Positions 55,911 through 64,000 of a stretch of 64,000 nucleotides of DNA are shown here, in pieces (within the stretch, counting starts at the first letter, position 1; each line of letters begins with the position of its first letter). This DNA is from the human T2T-CHM13v2.0 reference genome, Homo sapiens. The position numbers and the translations under genes were made by a program. The notes beneath the pieces were generated by a model, which saw only the letters and a program-made list of their open reading frames with translations, searched no databases and was not told the DNA's origin. The stretch is from assembly GCF_009914755.1 (NCBI RefSeq), contig NC_060937.1. The stretch is one strand, 5' to 3'.

Positions 55911-56811
55911 CATTTTTTTCATTTTTTAAAATGAATTTATAAAATTTTGAACTTTTTGAAGTGAAAACTTCAGATTTATTCTGCAGAAGCCCATTTTCAA
56001 GAAGCTGAAGATGAATGTGGGAGAGGAGAGGATCCCTCCTCTTCTCCTTTCTCCCTTATCTATTTTCAACATAAGATAAAAATGCCCTGGACCACAAAAC
56101 CTACGCTTCTCCCCAAAAAACAAAAAAGACCCTGAGTTTCCAAATAGTTACAGCTCTTAACTTATCATAAAAAAGGGAAGGAGCCAGAAAAAAAGGGAGT
56201 CCTTGGGATGTGAGGAGGATCTTCAGCCTGGTATAACATCCCCCTTGAAAGCAGCTGCCCAAATGGGGCAAGCCAGGCATTATATCATTTAAATTTTTTC
56301 CACACCAAATTTTATTAAACCAAAAAGAGAAAAAAAATTCCTTTTCCCTAAAAACTTCCAAATACATCATTATATTTTTATAATATGTTATAAACTTATA
56401 ACACAATATTTTATAATATCTTATAAATATTATTAAAATATGACAATATTTATTTGGGATTTAACATATGTTTTATATATTTATATGTGTTTAATATACT
56501 TTAATATAAAAATATATTTTGTTTTATTATAAATATTCATATATTACTTTTAAAAATGAAATTTGAAGACATTAAGGGTTAAAGTTGATCTGAAACAATG
56601 GAGTGTGAAATTCTCTCTTTCTTTTTCTTCTGTGGTCTTGTTAATGGGTACATTCCCTGCAGAGGAACCCTCCACAAGAGGATGGCAGAGAAAAGGAATC
56701 CAAGGGAGCAAAGGGTGGGGCCTTCCCATGCAATCAGCAGCCATTATGGGTGTGGGCACGGTGCTAGGGACGCCATACCCTCTGGGAATGTTCCAGATGG
56801 GATGGCATGTG
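55911..56811 (-). pseudogene. Candidate processed retrocopy of a cellular mRNA 3' end (parent not identified)
   Basis: Non-repeat-like insert splitting an LTR; minus-strand AATAAA (55975-55980) ~17 nt before a decayed poly(A); TSD-like aa(a/g)catt. Confidence 0.6.
56360..56555. repeat. AT-rich low-complexity tract inside the retrocopy
   Basis: Degenerate tattttataatat repeats. Confidence 0.7.
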
Positions 56812-56888
56812 AAGCATTAAGTTTGCTGCAATCGGTTACTGTAGCAATAGGGAAATAATACACTATGTTTCTGTTCTTTTCAAGTATC

Positions 56889-57352
56889 TGTAAGCCAAAA
56901 ACTAGGTGAAACAGGTCTCAATTAATTTAGAAGTTTATTTTGCCAAGGTTAAGGACATGCCTGGAAGAAATGAACAGAGAATTACAGTGACAGTCTGTGT
57001 GGTCTTGCCTTTTTCTAAATATTATTTTGAGGCCTTCAATATTTAAAGGGGAATGGTGGGATGGAGGGCAAAGAGGGAGTATATGGTAATCCACATGTTG
57101 CAAGTGAAAAGGAGTCAGTATGGTAAATAATCAATTATGTATTCGTCTCTTGCTCAGTAAATTGGTACTTTACATAAGGTAAACTGAACGTCGAGTAGCT
57201 ACCTTAGGAGATACTTAATTTTTTTATCTTTAGCTATCTGCTTAGAAATATTGTAAAAGGAAAGGCAGCTTCTTGAATGTCTCAGCTTTCAGCTTAATGT
57301 TTTTCTTTTGGCATAATGAATTGGAGTCCCAAGTTTCTACTTTCCTTTCACA
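56889..57352 (-). mobile_element. MER4 (MER4B/C-like) ERV1 solo LTR
   Basis: Minus-strand start tgtgaaaggaaagtagaaacttgggactccaattcattatgccaaaag; TG..CA ends; TSD tatc/tgtc. Confidence 0.85.
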
Positions 57353-58764
57353 TGTCTAAGTATATAAATGATGCTATTAAAGACCTTATTTAGGATAGTG
57401 ATGTTAGGTTGTTTTATATTATTTATTTATTTTTCAATATGTTTCACCTCCAATTGTTTTTTAAAAAGAGAAAAATGAAAGAAAACGTAATTTTGATGAA
57501 AGTACATGCAGTGGATGTGTGTGTGGATAGTAATATTCTATAGAAATATTATATAACAGATCTCTAAATGTAGATAAATACCATGAACACACCTTATTTA
57601 GATAAGTGGAAAGTGGATCAAATTCTACAAGTGATTCTCTACAAACCAACTTAATCTGTTATGAGAAAGAAAATATTGAGCAATAGGAACATTGAAGGAT
57701 TTCTTTTACGTATGTGCAGAATTTAAAATTCCATGGAATAAAGTATCAAATTCAATTTAAAAATTAATTTTAGGTGACATGCATCATGTCAATGATATTA
57801 AGAAGACAAATTCACTTTTAAAAATAGAATAATCATGCTTTGTATTTGCAGGAAAATAACACATTATTACCTGTAGAGCTTTAAATGGGTACTTTTGTTC
57901 CAAAAAGCAGAGGCCAATATAAACATTCCTAAATATACACTCTTTTTTTCTTACATATTTTCTTTCTCGATTATTCTGAGCGTATGTAAACAAATTTAAA
58001 TATATGTAATACAGCCAAGTCAAACCAGATATACTGAGTACCTAATGTTCATCTACCTGTTCAAGTAAACATGTAAATGAGTATGTTTATGTTCCTGGAT
58101 ATAAGTAAGAAAAAAAGTAGATAGATTTTACATTTCAAGTATAGTTATTGATTTAAAGGATGTTTAATATTTTCAGTACTTGCAGATTTATTCAACCATT
58201 AGAGATTTGTACATATTTAATACTTTCAAATATGTAACATATTCAATATTGAATATTTGAAATATTAAACATGAAATGTTATATTATTTCGGCAAATACA
58301 AATGAAATATTTATTTAAAATAAGCATATCAATCTCTGATATTTAATGCAGTTCCATCTTACCTGGTTAAGGAGCTCTGAGTTGATTTCATTAATAGGAA
58401 AATATCCTCTGTAACCTGAAGAAATTATGGAGATACTTTATTAATTTCAAGAATATAAATAAACAAAGCAACAACTAATGCAATTCAGTTACTGATCAGC
58501 ATATTGCTAGGCATTTTGAGCAATAAAAATTATAAACAAATGTTTTTTTGAAAAACAGAAACAATAGTAACAACAATAATGTTGATGATAATTCATGATG
58601 TAACAAAGTGACAATAACATTGAAAAATCCAGCTTTGCAAATGTGTAAATTTCACCTTAATGTAAAAGGCTTATTTTAATTTTAGGATGAAATTGTATCT
58701 ATTATTTAAATAAAAATGTCACCAGAGAGAACAAATTTTTTGCATTGCTGGGTGTCCTTTTATT

Positions 58765-59920
58765 ATTTTATTTATACAACAAATATAAGGTAAGACACTA
58801 AATGTGTATGGAACTATGCTGTACGCTGAGGATAATACTGTGAACAAAGAGACAAACAGGCCATGAACCTTCTCCACGTGGTGCTTAAGTATACTGGATA
58901 CAACAGATAGCCGTCAAATGATTACTCAAATAAATATAAAATTAGAAATAGGATAAGTGGGTTGGTAGAGATACACATTTCCTAGTTAAAGAGGTCAGAA
59001 AAGATGTCCAGGAGAAAGCAATGATAGTGAATGACCCAATATGTGATAGGGGAGGAGAATCACTAAACCAAATGCACATAAGAGATTTCCAGCAAGCAAA
59101 ATAGCAAAGATCTAGAAGAGGCAGAGAATGGAGATATGGCATATTTTATCATGCAAAGGAAATCAGACTACTCGGAGAATAAGGATATATGGTATTAGAT
59201 ATGCAAAGGAGAAAGAAGTTGGTATGTGCAAGACCGGGTCGCCACCTAAAGAACAATTGACTTAGCTTAATTCATTTATAATCTGGGATGTAATAATCAA
59301 CAGTCTTGAAAGATTAGTTGGTTGTATAGGTTACTACAATATAGAGAGGGTGCAGAGAAGATGGAAAAAACAAAACAAAAAAAAACTAGTTACCAGGCAA
59401 CTGCAGTAGTCTGATGGATGATGGTAGCTGAGAATAGAGTAATGTCAAGGAATGGAGACAAGTTGATTAATTCCAAAGTTATATAGACAGAGGTCTGAAT
59501 TTGGTGACAGACTTAATATGGGCACATGTAATATCAAGGATGACTCTCATTATTTTTGGTAATAGGAAGGATTTTGGTGCCAGTTAGGAAAAAAAAAGTA
59601 CGCTTTCTATTTTATCACTTTGCTGACTTCTTGTGGCTGGAGACACTGCTAATATTATTTCTTCTTGAACAGTTTTATTTTCCTATTACTTTAGAAGAGT
59701 ATAGCATTATTAAGGGTTAGAAGACTATGGTATTCTATTTAGACGTCTCAATTTGAGGTAAATTTGGGAACTCCAGTGGAATTGTCAAGTACAAACTTGC
59801 ATGTAGAAACTTGTGTTTACAAACCTGAAAGTCATTGAAGGGATTCTGAATATCTAGATTGGAGATAATATATTTTTGAACTATTTTCTTTGTACTTGGT
59901 TTATGATACCTAGGGAGAGA
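58765..59920 (-). mobile_element. L2 remnant (3' end at left)
   Basis: ctgaggataatactgtgaacaaaga...; aggcaactgcagtagtctgatggatgatggtagc. Confidence 0.65.
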
Positions 59921-61049
59921 GCAGAGAAAAAAAAGTAAAAATAAAAAGCGTTTGATGAATTATAATTTATTCTTATATCAAAGAATGTTCATATCAAAAA
60001 TTCAATCTCATCCTGGGATTAGAAAACAATTAATTTGCTTTATGTTGTAGTGGATATATTTGGTACAAATGTATATGTATAAAGATGCTTGAAGAAGTCA
60101 TATTTTAAATGTTACAAAGGCTTGTGCAGAAATGTAAATTGGCATCTGTATTACAATTTCATGTCAGTTTCATTGAACTTTCAGTAAGTCTCACAATAAG
60201 ATATGTTATTTGAGAAATTAGGGAAAGGCTTGTTCCCTCAGAGTGAAACCCAGTAGAAGGGCCAGTCACCAGGGAAAGGCTAGTTGGCCCACTAGCAATG
60301 ATTTTACCAAGATTACTAGCTACAAGCAAGCTGAGAAATTACCCCTTAAAATTGTGAGTTTAATTTCCCTTTTAATCAGTGGCCATCAGAAAAGATTGAT
60401 ATTTTTCACAACATTTTTCTTGTCTTCAGTAAAGAATTCAACTTTTAGTTATACATGATATCTAAGAGAATATATCCTTTTTTGTTCATTAGTCATATCA
60501 TGCTTAATTATTTAGAAGTCCAGTGGGATCCCGGGTTGTTGAGAAAAGATTATCTGCCTGCAATCTGCCATTAACAAGAGTCTAGAGTCCCAACTACTCA
60601 GAGCAAGAAGAAGCCTCTGCTGCCCTAAGTCCCACAGCTCTGTGTGCTTCTGGCAAGACATCCCACCCTTTTCTCCTTACAATACTCAAATGCTTTCTGC
60701 TAATTCCTACTGTGATCATCAAAGGACTAATGTAATCATGCCCTTTATGATGGCTCATGTCAGTTTGTTATAAACTTCACTAGAAACTTTAACTGGCTAT
60801 ATGCCCTTTACCAAATTTGGTCATTTCAAAGTCCATAACCTCACTTTAAAATATTTCCCATAGAATATTATTAGAAGCACTAGAGCAATCAATGCAAGTG
60901 TCTATTCCTAAACTATTTTTTTATTGTAGGAGGTTATTAAAATAATTCTATAATACTGGCATGACTGCAGTTTTTCTGTGTGTATACAGAATGTGTGTTG
61001 TGTATGTGTGGCTGTTGATTCAATCTTGTTATTTAATGCCAGATTAACT

Positions 61050-61130
61050 GATTTGTATCTCATTTCCACCACATACCAACTGTGTGACCTAAACCCTCTG
61101 TGCCTCATCTGTAATCTGCAAAACGGAGAT
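61050..61130 (+). mobile_element. MIR fragment
   Basis: ccaactgtgtgacct...ctctgtgcctcatctgtaa. Confidence 0.6.
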
Positions 61131-61142
61131 TAAAAAGTGTTT

Positions 61143-61446
61143 CTGCTGAGTATGATGGCTCATTCCTCTACTGCCAGCAATTTGGGAGGCTGAGGTAGAC
61201 AGATCACTTGAGCCCAGGAGTTCAACAGCTGCCTGGGCAAATTGGCAAAACCTCATCTCTACAAAAAAAAAAACAAAAAAAAAACACACAAAAATTAGCC
61301 AGGCATGGTGATGCATGTCTATAGTCTCAGCTATTCAGGAGGCTGAGGTGGGAGGATTGCTTCAGCCCAAAGGTCGAGTCTGCAGTGAGCTGAGATCAGG
61401 CCACTGCACTCCAGCTTGGGCAACAGAGTGAGACCTGACCCTGTTC
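61143..61446 (+). mobile_element. AluJ lacking a poly(A) tail
   Basis: gatcacttgagcccaggagttc...gtgggaggattgctt...ccactgcactccagcttgggcaacagagtgagacc. Confidence 0.88.
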
Positions 61447-61448
61447 AG

Positions 61449-61578
61449 CCAAATTATGCCTAGTGTTCCATTATTGGAATGCTAAGCATGTGGGAGTTAT
61501 TTATATCCTACTGCTCAAGGTCATCGCCAAAGGCTGATTACAAACATTCAAAAAACTGCAACCTCAGGCATAAATGGG
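61449..61578. mobile_element. MER85 piggyBac (PGBD3-derived) MITE
   Basis: TIRs ttatgcct...aggcataaatggg; internal gtgttccattattggaa.gctaagcatgtgggagttatttatatcctactgctcaaggtcatcgcca. Confidence 0.9.
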
Positions 61579-61591
61579 TTTTTTTTATGAC

Positions 61592-62065
61592 TGTATCAAT
61601 CAGGAAATAAAAGTTTGTACACTGAAGTAAGAATGACAGAAAGTGTATATAAAAAAGAAGTTATTTAAATGTATGAGAAGGATGAAGAAAATTCACAAGG
61701 GATGTCTCAGTTTTTCCTGGACTAGCAAATAGCAGCAATGTTGCTGCTCAAAATGTAAAAGGATTTGGGGAAGTTAAAGTTGCTAACACGTTTTTAGAGA
61801 GAGTTGTATTGATTTTCTTGAGAGGATCTAGGAATTGGAGGACCCAACCAGTCCAAAGTTACTATGCTGAAGTGGGGCTACTGGAATAAGTAATCTGTTC
61901 TTACTCTTTTCCTTCTCTTTTACATTGTGGCATGACTTCTTTTAGCTGAATTCAATTGAGAACCAGATGTAACAGAGCCCACAGATACAGTCCAAGAAGC
62001 TCAGTTCCTAAGAGAGCAAAGAGATTGAAGAATTGATCTGAAGGGGTTATGTGATAACTGGCATA
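61592..62065 (-). mobile_element. ERVL LTR (LTR41-like)
   Basis: tgtatcaatcaggaaa...cacaagggat...ggactagc...gatctgaagggg. Confidence 0.55.
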
Positions 62066-62999
62066 AAAGCACTGAGAATCATGTTTTTATATATAAAGTA
62101 AGCAATCGTATGTGTTAGCTAATTGTTTGCAACTGCCTACACCAAAATTATAGACTTTTGTGATTGCTGTCATTCTTCACTCTACCTTTATCTACATGTA
62201 CAGAAACTTTCAGGGCACACATGATTAATTGTGTTATAGCATTACTAGCTTTAATAACAGTATGGATTTCAAGTGAAATAATTTTCCCATAGCTGCTACT
62301 AATTTAAAAATAATCAGCAATAAACATGATGTAGGGTTTCATTTGTGAGAAAGTCTAAACATTTCCAATTTAAAGAAAATGATAATTTATTGAATTTTCA
62401 CTTGTCCCTTCACAGGTCATTAGTTAAATATTTAGTATTTTTACATGTATAGAGAAAAAAACAAAATAAAATCAAAGTGTGCATATACAATTTTATCAAG
62501 TATCATTCTATGATAGTATTTTTAATTTAGAGCCATGGGTTAGCTATAAATACAATATTTCAGATAATGGAAAAGGAATAAATAATCATTTCTGAAAGTG
62601 GATTCATTTCTAGGAACTGATATGATACAAAATGATAATTGTACTTATATTGTTTTATTCAGAATATGACAATTAACTATGTTTTTATAACTGATTAAGA
62701 TAATTTGAATTCTAAATGACATATTTTAATATTGAGATTAGCAATTTAATATAATTAGCATTAAATTACTTCTAATTTTCACAATTCATGAATTGAAAAT
62801 ATAATAGCACAGAGAGCTATATTAGATTCTCAAGCCAAACATCCAGCACTAACTTAGAAATTGCCATTAGGATACATTTTAGTTTATAATTTTCTGAGGG
62901 AAGCTTAAACTTTCTTGTTTTTTATTTTTATTTTATTTGAGTGTATGCAAATGCATCCTCTATAATTATATGAACATAGTATATAATTATCTTATATAT

Positions 63000-63900
63000 A
63001 TTTGAGAAATGTCAGACCACAGGTGACACTTACATCCATGGGAAGCATAGCAAAATAAAACATGAACTTACAGTACTGAGTCCTGAAATATCTGTACCTT
63101 TATATATTAGGTAATAAAGGAGAAACAAGCAAAGTGTGTTGAAATGGTTGGACTATTTATGTATGAAAAGCAAAACAACAAAACTCAGGGAGAAAGTATT
63201 GTAAGATGGCCAAGAAATGAAGGCAGTTCATAACTACTGGTATGATAAAATATATATTAAAATCCTAATAGTGTGAGTAAAAATGACAGAGAGGCTTCGC
63301 TAGATTTTAAAACATGGAGATTGTTAACGACATTGATAAAAAGAGTTTCAGTGGATTGATCAGTGCAAGGCTAGTTTATATTATGAAATGATTTGGAATT
63401 TTGGCAAAATGAAACAGTTCAAGAAATTGTTTTGTAATAAACTATTAAAAACATAGCTATGCAGGAATATGGAGCTAAGATTTAGGAGAATTTTGCTTTG
63501 CTTTATTTTAATGAATAGGAGATACCACCCATATCATTATACTGATGGAAATGATACAATAGAAAAGGAAAAACATATGGTATAAAGCATAGAAAAACTA
63601 ACAGAACAAAGTCATTCTAAAGGTAGAAAGAGAAAATTCCTAAGCATCGTGATAGGTATTAGCCTTTGTTAGTGAGAAATGTATTTTCTCTTGGAATAGG
63701 GAAGGGAAAGATAGAAGGAAAGTCAGTGGGTCCTTAAGCTCATTGAGAACAAGATAAGAATTGTACATTAATCCTAACTTTTAAAAAATGAATTATATGT
63801 TTAAAACATGTCAGAAGTAAAATTGTAGAGATTTAAGGAAGTTGGGGTAGTATAAAATTATCTTGCTTAGGTGTAAAATAGAGATCCTATTTTTAATTGG
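63000..63900 (-). mobile_element. L2 remnant
   Basis: ttgataaaaagagtttcagtgga...actgatggaaatgatacaatagaaaagg. Confidence 0.45.
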
Positions 63901-64000
63901 TGAGGACAAAAGCATGCCAACTTATGCCCTGTGATCATGCATTTCTAGCCAAACCAGTCTGCTTTATTTGTGTATATTCAATAACTTAACAATAATTAAG

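Larger units (their letters stand above)
55539..56861 (+). mobile_element. MLT1D-like LTR split into 55539-55910 and 56812-56861
   Basis: tgtggtag...taatgg...atgtccacatcct...tgttgtttttaa, then aagcattaagtttg...gcaatagggaaataataca. Confidence 0.8.

Noticed and set aside
56550-56858. Three overlapping ORFs in the GC-richer part of the retrocopy
   Set aside because: No recognisable protein in any frame; probably UTR, so no gene symbol assigned.

Overview
AT-rich primate (human-like) genomic DNA made up mostly of interspersed repeats. It looks like a gene desert or the interior of a large intron. No intact protein-coding gene, RNA gene or CpG island can be supported, and nearly all listed ORFs are Alu/L1/LTR or low-complexity artefacts. 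Main items: (1) a minus-strand endogenous retrovirus remnant (~6080-11470) that joins class III (ERVL-type) RNaseH/integrase motifs to a decayed gamma-type env with furin site, fusion peptide, ISD and TM; it carries an AluY and a MER39-like LTR and is cut off at an L1PA; (2) a ~0.9-kb polyadenylated, mRNA-like retrocopy that splits an MLT1D LTR (~55910-56812); (3) a full-length THE1C; (4) a MER85 piggyBac MITE with its internal palindrome; (5) an ancient L1 with twin-priming inversion geometry. There are also many Alus, L1, L2, MIR and solo LTRs. Subfamily names come from recall of consensus sequences, and boundaries are approximate unless a TSD is quoted. I see no evidence for a new functional system; the points of interest are paleovirological and retrotransposition-mechanistic.
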